Shown piece by piece: positions 9,380-19,133 of a stretch of DNA of 64,000 nt. Each line of letters opens with the position of its first letter. Positions within the stretch are counted from its first letter, which is position 1. A program made the position numbers and the translations under genes. The notes under the pieces are model-generated. The model was not told the origin of the DNA, did not search any database, and saw nothing but the letters and a program-made list of their open reading frames with translations. The stretch covers positions 12,032 to 76,031 of the forward strand of contig DYGA01000002.1 in assembly GCA_020724865.1 (NCBI GenBank), read 5' to 3'. The DNA comes from Candidatus Paceibacter sp. (GTDB lineage Bacteria; Patescibacteriota; Patescibacteriia; S139-126).

Positions 9380-9811
9380 TTGCGCTATTTAGGATATGTT
9401 TTTCAAGATTATGCTTTATTGCCTGAATTAACTGCTTGGGAAAATGTGGCCGTGCCTTTATTAATGATGGGACAAAGCAAAGCACAAGCTTATGAAAATT
9501 CTGTAGCTGCCTTAGAACAAGTTGACTTAGCTGATAAAATAAACAATTTACCTTCTCAGTTATCTGGGGGACAGCAGCAGAGGGTGAGTATTGCTCGGGC
9601 GATTGCTCATAATCCCAAAATAATTTTTGCTGATGAGCCAACAGCTAATTTGGATAGTATTACTTCAAAAAATATTTTATCAGTTTTTGCAAAATTGCAC
9701 GAAGCTGGACAAACCATTGTAATGGTAACTCACGAGTTAGATTATGCTCGTACAGCCGGTAGAATAATAGAAATATCTGACGGCGTCATCGTATCAGATA
9801 AAAAAGCTTAA
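9380..9811 (+). pseudogene. 5'-truncated ABC-transporter ATP-binding protein (FtsE/LolD/MacB-like). Retains Q-loop, signature LSGGQQQR, Walker B and H-loop. Lacks Walker A.
   Basis: 143 aa ORF starting with TTG right after a hairpin. The first ~80 aa of a normal ABC ATPase are absent. Confidence 0.65.
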
Positions 9812-9830
9812 ATGTTCTGAAACATGTTTC

Positions 9831-9859
9831 TTGACAGATTTTTTTATTTTTCATAAAAT
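9831..9859 (+). promoter_or_regulatory. Promoter of the copper operon (TTGACA-17-TAAAAT). A 12-nt palindrome gaaacatgtttc abuts the -35.
   Basis: ttgacagatttttttatttttcataaaat. Confidence 0.55.
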
Positions 9860-9871
9860 CCCTATATAGGG
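9860..9871 (+). promoter_or_regulatory. Candidate CsoR operator: 12-nt palindrome ccctatataggg immediately downstream of the -10
   Basis: GC-flanked AT palindrome at the expected repressor position, upstream of the csoR-like gene. Confidence 0.45.
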
Positions 9872-9935
9872 GATATATAAAAAATTATAAATTTTAAATT
9901 ATTAATTATAAATTACTAATTATTAAATAATAAAT

Positions 9936-10208
9936 ATGGATCGGCGGAGAAAAACGACAGTTAAGTCCCGAGCTTTGCATCGGATAAAAATTATTCAGGG
10001 GCATTTGCGGTCAGTGGAAAGGATGTTAGACCGTAATTCTTATTGTATAGATATAGTTCATCAGTCACGAGCAATACAAAAAGCTTTAAAGCAATTAGAT
10101 TTGTTGATTATTGAGGATCATCTTAAACATTGCGTTGTCGATCAAGTGCGACATGGTCAAGAACAAAAAACCACTAAAGAATTGTTAAAATTATATGAGT
10201 ATAAATAA
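9936..10208 (+). CDS. csoR: CsoR/RcnR-family metal-sensing transcriptional repressor
   Basis: 90 aa, DUF156-like helix bundle with conserved Cys/His (SYCIDIVHQ...LKHCV). Confidence 0.7.
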   Translation: MDRRRKTTVKSRALHRIKIIQGHLRSVERMLDRNSYCIDIVHQSRAIQKALKQLDLLIIEDHLKHCVVDQVRHGQEQKTTKELLKLYEYK

Positions 10209-11688
10209 AAATATTGAAAAAAAGATTTTTTATGTTGAAGGTATGCATTGCTCATCCTGCGAACTGTTGATTGAAAAAAAATTATTAAAAAAAGAAGGCA
10301 TCAAAGCAGTTGAAGCATCATTAAATAAAGGACAAGTTTGTGTTTATTTTTCAGAAAAGAAAAATTTGGATTTAGACAAAATAAATCAAGAATTTAAATC
10401 TTTAGGTTATAGTTTTTTTACTGAACCACAAATAAAACAAAATAAAAAATTATTTTATCAAACAGAAGGTAAGTGGCAGATAAATAAAGATAAATTGATT
10501 GCTTTTTTAAAAACATCGATTTTAGCTTTTAGTTTTTTATTGGCATTTTATTTTTTAGATAAATGGCAACTAGGCAGATTTATTTCTGTAGATACACGTT
10601 CGTCTTTATCAGCTTTTTTTATTTTAGGAGTTATAGCTAGTGTGTCTAGTTGCGCTGCTTTGGTTGGGGGTGTGCTTTTAGCCATGACAAAAAAATGGCA
10701 TGAGGCTTATATTGATAGTGACAATAATTTTCAGAAAACTTTGCCCCATTGGTTATTTCATTTAGGTAGATTGTTAGCATTTTTTATTTTAGGTGGATTT
10801 TTAGGTTGGCTGGGCAGTGGTTTGTCTTTCAATAATACTTTTGGTTACGCTGTTTTAGTGGGATTGGTATCATTACTAATGATTATTTTAGCTTTGCAAA
10901 TGTTGGAGGTAAGTTGGGCGAAAAAGATTTCTTTGCGCTTGCCAAAATTTATTACTAGAAAAGTAGCTAGTGAAAATAGTTGGCAGGGTAAATATTCACC
11001 TTTTTTACTTGGAGTATTAACTTTTTTTCTGCCTTGTGGTTTTACTTTGATTGCTCAAGGTATTGCCCTGACTACAGGTAGTTTTCTGGCGGGGGCTAGT
11101 ATTATGTTGTTTTTTGCTTTAGGAACTTTGCCAATGTTAGCAAGTATAAGTTATACTGGCTATCGTTTTACTCAAAAACCTCATCTGACTGCTAAATTTT
11201 CCAAGGTTGCCGGCATTATTATAATATTTTTTGCCATTTACAATATCAACGGACAGCTCAATGTTATGGGATTACCCAGCTTACATGATTTAAAAAATTA
11301 TTCTAATGCCAAAATAACCACGCCGTCAGAGCCAATTATTTTATTTGGGCCTGATGCCGGTAAAACTTTATCCGTTAGTAAAAATAATTCTGAAAAAAAG
11401 GTTCAAGTTACAGATGATATTCAACAATTAGAGATTATTGCTCAAGGTTTTGAGTATACAAATTCTGGCAACACAGTTTTGCGAGCAAATGTTCCTACCG
11501 TTATGATCGTTGATAATCAGGGAATTTTAGGTTGCGGTGCTCAAATGGCTGCTCGTGGATTGTTCAGTGGTTTTGTCAATTTAAAACCGGGTATAAATAA
11601 AATTGATTTAGGCAGGCCCAAAGCCGGTAGCTATAAAATTACTTGCTCTATGGGCATGGTTCCGCCAATTACGGTTACTTTTCAATAA
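10195..11688 (+). CDS. Three-part protein: N-terminal heavy-metal-associated (HMA) domain, polytopic membrane domain (DsbD_2/TauE-like, Cys in TM), C-terminal cupredoxin-like domain
   Basis: GMHCSSCELL HMA motif. Membrane segments with SSCAAL and FLPCGF. C-terminal YKITCSMGMVPPITV resembles cupredoxin_1 copper sites. Confidence 0.55.
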   Translation: MSINKNIEKKIFYVEGMHCSSCELLIEKKLLKKEGIKAVEASLNKGQVCVYFSEKKNLDLDKINQEFKSLGYSFFTEPQIKQNKKLFYQTEGKWQINKDKLIAFLKTSILAFSFLLAFYFLDKWQLGRFISVDTRSSLSAFFILGVIASVSSCAALVGGVLLAMTKKWHEAYIDSDNNFQKTLPHWLFHLGRLLAFFILGGFLGWLGSGLSFNNTFGYAVLVGLVSLLMIILALQMLEVSWAKKISLRLPKFITRKVASENSWQGKYSPFLLGVLTFFLPCGFTLIAQGIALTTGSFLAGASIMLFFALGTLPMLASISYTGYRFTQKPHLTAKFSKVAGIIIIFFAIYNINGQLNVMGLPSLHDLKNYSNAKITTPSEPIILFGPDAGKTLSVSKNNSEKKVQVTDDIQQLEIIAQGFEYTNSGNTVLRANVPTVMIVDNQGILGCGAQMAARGLFSGFVNLKPGINKIDLGRPKAGSYKITCSMGMVPPITVTFQ

Positions 11689-11703
11689 TAAATAAAATAA
11701 AAG

Positions 11704-11913
11704 ATGACAAAATTAATAGTCAAAGGCATGCATTGTTCTGCTTGCCAGAGTTTAATAAAAATGGAGCTTGAAGAAAAAGGTTTGCCAGTCCAAGAAGTAA
11801 AATTACTTGCCGGAGATAGGGGCGAGGTTGAATTTGCAGATTTAAATGAAGAACAAATAAATTTAGCTAAAAAAACTATTGAAAAAATGGACAATTATTC
11901 TGTCATTTCTTAA
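11704..11913 (+). CDS. copZ: Copper chaperone, single HMA domain
   Basis: 69 aa with GMHCSACQ. Confidence 0.7.
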   Translation: MTKLIVKGMHCSACQSLIKMELEEKGLPVQEVKLLAGDRGEVEFADLNEEQINLAKKTIEKMDNYSVIS

Positions 11914-11924
11914 ATATAAAAAAT

Positions 11925-14396
11925 ATGATTACTAAAATATATCCAATCGTTGGCATGCACTGCGCCTCCTGTAAGAGGTTGATAGAAAAAATGGTAAGTA
12001 AAGTACCCGGAGTAAGTGCTGTGGAGGTAAATTATGCCGCGGAACAAATGAAAGTCGTTTATGATGAAAATAAAGTTAGTACCCAGGATTTAATAGCGGC
12101 CGTTAGCAGCGCTGGAAGTTATCGTTTAATAACTGCTTCTGATTCGGATGAGATTGTTTTAGCAGATCCTAATCAGGCAAAAAAAATTATAGATAAACAT
12201 AAATTATTGTCTGATCATCAGGAACATGCATCAGCTTTGCGGCAACAGGAATACTTGTCTTTGCGCTCAAGAGTTGTGTTGGTTGCCCTGCTGAGCTTGC
12301 CTTTTTTTATTTTGATGATTTACATGATTTTGGCAAAGTTAGGATGGACAAATATGCCGATGTCACCATGGGGTTATTTAAGAATTGATAAATTTAATTA
12401 TCAAATTGATTTGTTTTATTTAGGACAATTTTTATTAGCTACGCCAATAGTATTTATCGGAGGTAAACAATTTTTTCAAAGCGCTTGGTCTGCTTTGCGA
12501 GTAAAATCAGCCAATATGGACAGTTTAATTTCTTTAGGGGTAGCAGTTGCTTGGTTATATTCAACTTTGGTAACATTTTTTTCTTGGCTGTTTAGTGATC
12601 TAAAGGTTGAAGTATTTTTTGAAGCCGCTGTGTTTATTACTTTTTTTATACTTTTAGGGAGATTATTTGAAGCTCGAGCCAAAGGTCAAGCCAGTGACGC
12701 TATTAAGGCGTTATTGCAACTCGGGGCCAAAGAAGCCATAGTTATCAGAGACAATAAAGAAATAAAAATTCCTGTTTCTGAAGTAGTGCAAGGAGATATT
12801 TTAATTGTCCGACCGGGAGAAAAGATTCCTGTAGATGGTGAAATTATTTTTGGCAATAGCACGGTTGATGAAGCAATGATTACTGGCGAATCAATGCCGG
12901 TAGAAAAAAATGTTGGCGATAAGGTAATTGGGGCCACGATAAATAAGATGGGAAGTTTTAAATTTAGGGCAGAAAAAGTTGGCAGTGACACACTCTTATC
13001 TCAAATCATAAAAATGGTTCAAGAAGCGCAAAGTAGTACGCCGCCAATTCAAAAATTGGCTGATAAGATTTCTGCTGTTTTTGTACCGATAGTAATTACC
13101 ATTGCGATTTTGGCTTTTTTGTTTTGGTTATTGTTAGCGCCACGGTTAGGTTTATTGCCACCAGATGTTTCTATTTGGCAGTTAGCAGTTTACATTGCTA
13201 TAACAATTTTAATAATAGCTTGTCCTTGTGCTTTGGGGTTAGCTACGCCGACAGCAGTAATGGTTGGCGCAGGCAAAGCGGCTAAATCAGGGATTTTGAT
13301 CAAAGATGCCACTGCGTTGGAGTGGGCTAATCAGATAAAGAAAATTGTATTTGATAAAACTGGTACTTTGACTAAAGGTGAACCAACGGTTACGGATTGT
13401 CAAATATTAACTGACAAAGATAAAAAAGAAATATTGAGTTTAGCTTACGCTGTTGAACATATTTCTGAACACCCTTTGTCTATGGCTATTACCAATTATG
13501 CCAAACAGTATGATTTGCAATTTGATCTGGAAGTAGAAGATTTCCAGAGTTTAACTGGTTTAGGGGTTAGCGGGGTTGTTGCTGGAAAAAAAATATTATT
13601 GGGCAATGAGAAATTATTAAAAAGTCAAAATATAAATATTAATGCGTTTGATAATTTATCTAAAGCATGGAAAAATAACGGCAAAACTTTGGCTTATATG
13701 GCAATTGACAACGAATTGGTCGCTGTGTTTGCTTTGGCAGACGTAGTCAAAAATGAAGCCAGAGATTCAATAGTTAAATTACACGCTTTAGGAATTACCA
13801 CTATTATGTTAACTGGTGACAATGAAGTTACTGCTCGGGCGATTGCCAAACAGTTAGGAATAGATGAAGTTATTGCTGAAGTGATGCCGCAGGATAAAGC
13901 TGAAATTATCAAAAAAATACAAGCAGAAACTCAAGGCAAAGTGGCTATGGTTGGAGATGGGATCAATGACGCACCGGCTTTGGCTCAAGCGGATATTGGG
14001 ATTGCCATGGGAACCGGCACTGATGTGGCTATTGAAACTGGCAGTGTAGTTTTAGTAAAGGGAAGTTTAGATAAGGTAGTAGAAACAATAGAATTGTCTC
14101 GTTTGACTTTTAGTATTATAAAACAAAATTTATTTTGGGCTTTTGGTTATAATATTATTGCCATTCCAATTGCAGCTGGATTATTGTATCCGAGTATGAA
14201 ATTGTTACTTTCACCGATTATGGCAGCGGCGGCCATGGCTTTTAGTTCTATCTCGGTAGTGCTAAATAGTGTGCGTTTAAAAAGTTTAACCAGCAAAAAC
14301 AAATTAATATCTAATACTTTTTTTTATATTTTTATTTTTACTTTTGTGGTCCTAGTGTTTTATTTTAGTTTTATGCTTAGCATGGAAATGAAATAA
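11925..14396 (+). CDS. copA: Copper-translocating P1B-type ATPase
   Basis: N-terminal HMA (GMHCASC), CPC motif ([10 protein letters not shown]), [15 protein letters not shown]. Confidence 0.9.
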   Translation: MITKIYPIVGMHCASCKRLIEKMVSKVPGVSAVEVNYAAEQMKVVYDENKVSTQDLIAAVSSAGSYRLITASDSDEIVLADPNQAKKIIDKHKLLSDHQEHASALRQQEYLSLRSRVVLVALLSLPFFILMIYMILAKLGWTNMPMSPWGYLRIDKFNYQIDLFYLGQFLLATPIVFIGGKQFFQSAWSALRVKSANMDSLISLGVAVAWLYSTLVTFFSWLFSDLKVEVFFEAAVFITFFILLGRLFEARAKGQASDAIKALLQLGAKEAIVIRDNKEIKIPVSEVVQGDILIVRPGEKIPVDGEIIFGNSTVDEAMITGESMPVEKNVGDKVIGATINKMGSFKFRAEKVGSDTLLSQIIKMVQEAQSSTPPIQKLADKISAVFVPIVITIAILAFLFWLLLAPRLGLLPPDVSIWQLAVYIAITILIIACPCALGLATPTAVMVGAGKAAKSGILIKDATALEWANQIKKIVFDKTGTLTKGEPTVTDCQILTDKDKKEILSLAYAVEHISEHPLSMAITNYAKQYDLQFDLEVEDFQSLTGLGVSGVVAGKKILLGNEKLLKSQNININAFDNLSKAWKNNGKTLAYMAIDNELVAVFALADVVKNEARDSIVKLHALGITTIMLTGDNEVTARAIAKQLGIDEVIAEVMPQDKAEIIKKIQAETQGKVAMVGDGINDAPALAQADIGIAMGTGTDVAIETGSVVLVKGSLDKVVETIELSRLTFSIIKQNLFWAFGYNIIAIPIAAGLLYPSMKLLLSPIMAAAAMAFSSISVVLNSVRLKSLTSKNKLISNTFFYIFIFTFVVLVFYFSFMLSMEMK

Positions 14397-14417
14397 AAAA
14401 CAAGTTATTTAGAAAAG

Positions 14418-14450
14418 GACTGTCCTGAGAGTGGGCAGTCTTTATTTTTT
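14418..14450 (+). terminator. Rho-independent terminator after copA
   Basis: gactgtcc-tgagagt-gggcagtc followed by tttattttttt. Confidence 0.6.
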
Positions 14451-14528
14451 TAGATTAAATTTTTTTGGTTTTTTGGGCCAGATGTGAATATAGTACTTGG
14501 CAATGATTGATTTTTTTGTATACAATAA

Positions 14529-14927
14529 TTGAAAATCTTAAAATTAATTATATTATTTATGCGCAAAAGTTTTGTTGTTATTTTAGGGTTGTTACTAGTT
14601 TTTTTTGTAGGTTGTACTACTAAACAAGCTAGTCAAACAGCAGAAACAACATCAGTGAATAGCAATGAAAATGTGACAATTAGTAATTCAACATATACTA
14701 TGTCCGAAGTAGCCAGTCACAATACGCTCAGTGATTGTTGGACGGTTGTAAGAGGGCAGGTATATAATCTAACTGATTGGATTGGTAAGCATCCAGGAGG
14801 TGAGAAAGCTATTACCCAGCTTTGTGGTATTGATGGTACTGATAAATTTGTTGGCAAACATGGTGGTAAAGATTTACCGGAAAATACTTTGGCCGGATAT
14901 AAGATTGGCGATTTAGTTGCTGAGTAG
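14529..14927 (+). CDS. Lipoprotein with a cytochrome b5-like heme-binding domain
   Basis: Lipobox LLVFFVGCTT. HPGG motif (WIGKHPGGEKAI) with the flanking conserved pattern of the Cyt-b5 family. Confidence 0.65.
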   Translation: MKILKLIILFMRKSFVVILGLLLVFFVGCTTKQASQTAETTSVNSNENVTISNSTYTMSEVASHNTLSDCWTVVRGQVYNLTDWIGKHPGGEKAITQLCGIDGTDKFVGKHGGKDLPENTLAGYKIGDLVAE

Positions 14928-14942
14928 ATTTATAAAAATTTT

Positions 14943-14978
14943 AAACCCTTTGTTTTTACAAAGGGTTTTTTTGTTTTT
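14943..14978 (+). terminator. Rho-independent terminator
   Basis: aaaccctttg-tttttaca-aagggttt followed by a T-run. Confidence 0.7.
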
Positions 14979-15039
14979 ATAAACCAGTTTTAGCAGTCAG
15001 GCGAAATATAATATTATTAGTTTATAATTAAGAAGCAAA

Positions 15040-15110
15040 AATATAAATAACTAATTACTAATGATTAATAATTAGTTATTAGTAATTAATAATTAATTTT
15101 AGTATTTCTA
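15040..15110. repeat. Copy of the dispersed AT-rich intergenic repeat family (core attagtaattaataatt / aattactaatgattaat)
   Basis: aactaattactaatgattaataattagttattagtaattaataatt. Related copies at ~9895-9930, 25990-26073 (and its duplicate), 26320-26350, 28570-28600, 30270-30390, 31770-31830. Confidence 0.6.
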
Positions 15111-15187
15111 ATAGTGTAAACAACGGATGTCATGATTCATATTTATTAATATAGTTAATATTTGCTTGAAATATTTGCATTTTACCA

Positions 15188-15219
15188 TTGACAAAATCCA
15201 AAAAATATGCTACCATACT
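15188..15219 (+). promoter_or_regulatory. Promoter and leader nearly identical to the one at 4114 (ttgacaaaatcCaaaaaatAtgcta..atact), followed by RBS aaaggag
   Basis: Direct comparison of the two upstream regions in this window. Confidence 0.5.
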
Positions 15220-15273
15220 ATGTTAGTTCTTAAACAATTTAATATCAAAAACAAAAAATAAAAGGAGTTAGCC

Positions 15274-15729
15274 ATGTTTAAAAGCATGTTTTATTTAGTG
15301 GTCATAATGACCATAGCAGTTTTTTCTTTAATTTATTTTGGAGTTCTGTCAAATTTTTATGATGTATTAGAATATATAATGCATTACATCAATGGCGGAA
15401 CCATGAGCCCGGATTTTGGTTTTTTGTCTTTTTATTTTTATCTGTTTTTCTTATTTGTTATTTTTTTATCGGTTAATTTAGTAAAAACGAATAAATTTGC
15501 CTACAAGGCATTGGATCTTTCTCTGGTATTTTTTATATTTTTTCTAATGTATAACTTAGTTAACAATACTGAATTTATCATTTGGGAACAGTTTTTGTCC
15601 CCAGTAATTACAATATTAGCAATAATGTCAGTTGGATTATTATGGAGATATCGTTTTCCGGAAACATTTAATAAATTAAGTGAATTTTTTAAAAAAGAAA
15701 ATTCATTGGAAGAGAGAACTGATCTATAA
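15274..15729 (+). CDS. Hypothetical polytopic membrane protein
   Basis: 151 aa, 4 hydrophobic helices, good RBS. Confidence 0.5.
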   Translation: MFKSMFYLVVIMTIAVFSLIYFGVLSNFYDVLEYIMHYINGGTMSPDFGFLSFYFYLFFLFVIFLSVNLVKTNKFAYKALDLSLVFFIFFLMYNLVNNTEFIIWEQFLSPVITILAIMSVGLLWRYRFPETFNKLSEFFKKENSLEERTDL

Positions 15730-15739
15730 AAAATATATA

Positions 15740-15772
15740 AACCCGCAACAACGTTTGCGGGTTTTTTATTTT
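15740..15772. terminator. Bidirectional rho-independent terminator between convergent genes
   Basis: aacccgcaaca-acg-tttgcgggtt followed by ttttatttt; an A-run lies on the other side. Confidence 0.7.
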
Positions 15773-15793
15773 GTTTAAATAAATTATTAGTAA

Positions 15794-17485
15794 TCACCAA
15801 CTACCGCCGCCACCACCGCCAAAACCACCACCGCCAAAACCACCGCCACCCGAGCCACTACCCCCACGAGAAGCATGCGAGATGCTGCTAGCTATTTGCG
15901 TATTAAATCCAGATAAGTCACTGGCAAATTGAGTTGCAATAATAGCATTGGTGGTACTACCTTGGTACCAGTCAGGATTTTGAATATAAATATCTTTGAA
16001 TTGTTCTGCCCATTGTTTTTCTACACCCATAGCCACTGCAAACGGCAGATACTGCATAAACTTTTCTGGATTTTTTTCTGGAGCATTGTGAAATTTAAAT
16101 CTTTCTTCGTCAGTCACAGACAAGAATTCTTTGAAGCCAAGTAAGTGATCTTTTATTTCTGCCCCTAGGGTTGTTTTTTTGGGCATCAGCCAACCAAAAA
16201 TCATCACCACACCACCGGTCAGCATTAAAGCTATAAAATAAAGAAAAGCAAAATCACCGATAAAAAATCCCAGCATCATCAGAAAGCCTCCAATTGAGGT
16301 GTATTTAACTTTGATGGTATTGGGGTTTTTATCATACCAACCATTTCTAACCATTTCTTCACTAATATTTTTTTTGAATTCACTTATTCTTTTGGCAATT
16401 GTTTTATCTTTTTTTATCTCTGATAATTTTATGACTCCACCCGATAATTTGTTTTTAGTAAAAAATAGTTCGCTGATAAGTCCATTTATTCCCTCATCTT
16501 TGGTGGGAAGATTTTTAATAATTGTTAGTTCATAATCAACTGTTTTGAAAATACTGGTTTTTTCTATTCTAGTGATTTTTATAAAACCTTGTTGGGCAAG
16601 GTGAATAAGTCCAGCAGTCAGATCACGGTTATCAATTTTTTCATCAATCAAAGCCCCAACCAGAGTGGGAGATACATTTTGTGGGGGCTCATATTCAGCA
16701 ATGACAGTACCACGGCCAACTGGATCTTTACCTTTTCTTTGCCAGATTAAATACATTATCACCAATGCCACAAAAGGCAAGAGTAAAATGAAGTTGTCTT
16801 TAATAATTTTGCCAATTTTTTCCCAGATAGTTGGTGCTTGAAAAAAACCTTTTTCTAACCCCAAAGCAATAGTCAATCCTTCACCCGGATTTAAAGGTTT
16901 GGTAGTTTGATAAGTTATAGTATTGTTTGTCTGTTTTAGTAGACAAGGTGTATTACTACCAGCTGGTCCTTGGTAACAGGTAGTCTGTTTTAGTAGAGCT
17001 CCATTTGGTAAGTTTATTTCGGTTGTCACTTGCAACATGCTAACTCGCCAGTCATTGCCAGTGATATTCCAATATAGTTCATCATAGTCAGTAAAGAAAT
17101 TTATTGCTCCTTCAACTTGATAGGTAATTTGGTATTCTTGCCGGCCAGTAACAGTACTGTCAGCTGAACCAATTTTGATATTTAAATACTTTCCTTGAAT
17201 TTTGTCGGTATAAGGTTCAGTTAGTCCATTGTGTTTTACAGCTAGTACTTTTATGTCGATATTTCTATTAGCTAATTCATTTTGGTATTTAACCGGAATA
17301 TATCGGTAAATACCATGTTGCTGCAAATCGCCAAAATCATAAACAATATTTTCGGTTACTGTAAAATATTTGGGCGACAGTTTTATATCCGCCGTAAAAC
17401 TATTGATAGTTTCAGCTTGAACGGAATTAATACCACTTAGCAAAAAACAAGCCGTAATAAGCAAAATTTTTAAATATTTTTTCAT
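15794..17485 (-). CDS. DUF2207-like membrane protein: signal peptide, extracellular domain, TM helices and a C-terminal Gly-rich tail
   Basis: 563 aa ending GGSGSGGGGFGGGGFGGGGGGSW. This architecture is typical of the DUF2207 family. Confidence 0.5.
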   Translation of the reverse strand: MKKYLKILLITACFLLSGINSVQAETINSFTADIKLSPKYFTVTENIVYDFGDLQQHGIYRYIPVKYQNELANRNIDIKVLAVKHNGLTEPYTDKIQGKYLNIKIGSADSTVTGRQEYQITYQVEGAINFFTDYDELYWNITGNDWRVSMLQVTTEINLPNGALLKQTTCYQGPAGSNTPCLLKQTNNTITYQTTKPLNPGEGLTIALGLEKGFFQAPTIWEKIGKIIKDNFILLLPFVALVIMYLIWQRKGKDPVGRGTVIAEYEPPQNVSPTLVGALIDEKIDNRDLTAGLIHLAQQGFIKITRIEKTSIFKTVDYELTIIKNLPTKDEGINGLISELFFTKNKLSGGVIKLSEIKKDKTIAKRISEFKKNISEEMVRNGWYDKNPNTIKVKYTSIGGFLMMLGFFIGDFAFLYFIALMLTGGVVMIFGWLMPKKTTLGAEIKDHLLGFKEFLSVTDEERFKFHNAPEKNPEKFMQYLPFAVAMGVEKQWAEQFKDIYIQNPDWYQGSTTNAIIATQFASDLSGFNTQIASSISHASRGGSGSGGGGFGGGGFGGGGGGSW

Positions 17486-17536
17486 ATTCTAATTGTAGAA
17501 CTAATTTTATAGTCAATCAAACTATTTTCTTTAAAA

Positions 17537-18067
17537 TTGACGGGGATATATAATAAAGCTATGAAACCAAAAAAGATAACAGTCAATGACAAAATGCAAA
17601 AAGGATATGTTTATTATCTTACTGAACCGGTTGGTAAAAATTTTCATCCTGATTTTAAGCCTGAGTTGACACCTAAAGAGATGTTAGCTTTAGGTGTATT
17701 TGGCGGTAAATATATGAATGATTGTCGGAAGGAATTTCCTAAAAGTTGGTTTAAAAATGCAAAACTAAGTAAGAATAAAAATATTAAATTAAATTATTTT
17801 GGAGTTGATGCTAGTTTGCCGCTAGCTGAATGGCGTCGGAAAGGTTGGATATACCCTGAAGATCCCAGAGGTTGGTTTCAGTGGTATTGCCGGTATTATC
17901 TAGGTAGGCGGATTCCGGAAGAAGACCTAAGGCAAATTAAAAGATGGAAGGCAATGCGTAGGCATTATATGGCCGTAAAGATTCATTGTCTGCGAGGCGA
18001 TTTTGGTTGTCGTCCTAAACAACGACAAGCATTGTTGCATTGGGCGTATGATAGTAGACGAATTTAG
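17537..18067 (+). CDS. Hypothetical basic protein; the start may be the internal Met (MKPKK) at 17561
   Basis: 176 aa ORF, no motif recognised. Confidence 0.4.
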   Translation: MTGIYNKAMKPKKITVNDKMQKGYVYYLTEPVGKNFHPDFKPELTPKEMLALGVFGGKYMNDCRKEFPKSWFKNAKLSKNKNIKLNYFGVDASLPLAEWRRKGWIYPEDPRGWFQWYCRYYLGRRIPEEDLRQIKRWKAMRRHYMAVKIHCLRGDFGCRPKQRQALLHWAYDSRRI

Positions 18068-18098
18068 AAAATTATAAATTTTAAATTATAAATTTTAA

Positions 18099-19100
18099 AT
18101 GGATTTGAGTAAATTAAGTGAAATATTAAAAAGTGAACCAAAGTATCGCCAGCAGCAAGTCAGTCAGGCGGTATTTATTGATTTGGTGACTGATTGGGAT
18201 GAGGTAAAAACTTTACCACAAAAATTGCGGACTGTTTTGAAAAATAGCTGTCCTTTGGAAATTAAAGCTAAGATTTTTCATAGTCAAGACCAGAAAACCA
18301 GCAAAGCTTTGATTACTTTGAACGATGGCAATAAAATTGAAACAGTGTTAATGCGACATGAAGGCGATCGGCATACAGTGTGCGTGTCCAGTCAGGTTGG
18401 TTGTCCTTTGGCTTGTACTTTTTGTGCCACCGGCAGGTTGGGTTTGAAGCGTAATTTAAATGCTGATGAAATTGTTGAACAGGTTTTGTTGTGGAATCGA
18501 GTTTTAAAACAAATCGGGGAAAAGGAGCGAGTAACTAACGTGGTTTATATGGGTATGGGTGAGCCATTTTTAAACTATACCAATGTCTTAAAATCAATCA
18601 GATGGTTGAACGATAAACAAGGTTTCAATATTGGGGCGAGAAAAATTTCCGTTTCAACTTCAGGTATTGTTCCAAAAATAAAAAAATTTGCTGAAGAAAA
18701 AATGCAAGTCAATTTAGCATTGTCATTACATGCGCCTACTGATGAATTGCGTTCTAGCTTGATGCCTATCAATACTCATTTTCCCCTTCAAGAAGTAATG
18801 TCAGCAATTGATTATTATATTAAAAAAACTAATCGCAAAGTAATGTGCGAGTATCTAATGATTGACGGGGTAAATGATTCGTTAGAACAAGCCAAGCAAT
18901 TAGCTAAATTATTAAAAGATAAATTGGTAATGGTAAATTTGATTGCCTATAATCCGACCAATGCTTATCGGCCGGCTAAAGCAAAAAATATTAAAGCTTT
19001 TAAAGATTATCTATCTCAAGCCGGGTTGGAAGTAAGTCAGCGGTTTACTTTTGGCCAAGACATCAAGGCTGCTTGTGGCCAGTTGGCTTTGGATAATTAG
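18099..19100 (+). CDS. rlmN: 23S rRNA (adenine2503-C2)-methyltransferase, radical SAM RlmN/Cfr family
   Basis: CPLACTFCATG radical-SAM cluster motif, GMGEPFLNY, and the C-terminal Cys of the RlmN family. Confidence 0.85.
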   Translation: MDLSKLSEILKSEPKYRQQQVSQAVFIDLVTDWDEVKTLPQKLRTVLKNSCPLEIKAKIFHSQDQKTSKALITLNDGNKIETVLMRHEGDRHTVCVSSQVGCPLACTFCATGRLGLKRNLNADEIVEQVLLWNRVLKQIGEKERVTNVVYMGMGEPFLNYTNVLKSIRWLNDKQGFNIGARKISVSTSGIVPKIKKFAEEKMQVNLALSLHAPTDELRSSLMPINTHFPLQEVMSAIDYYIKKTNRKVMCEYLMIDGVNDSLEQAKQLAKLLKDKLVMVNLIAYNPTNAYRPAKAKNIKAFKDYLSQAGLEVSQRFTFGQDIKAACGQLALDN

Positions 19101-19133
19101 TTTATATTTGATATTCTTATATTGTAATATTTT

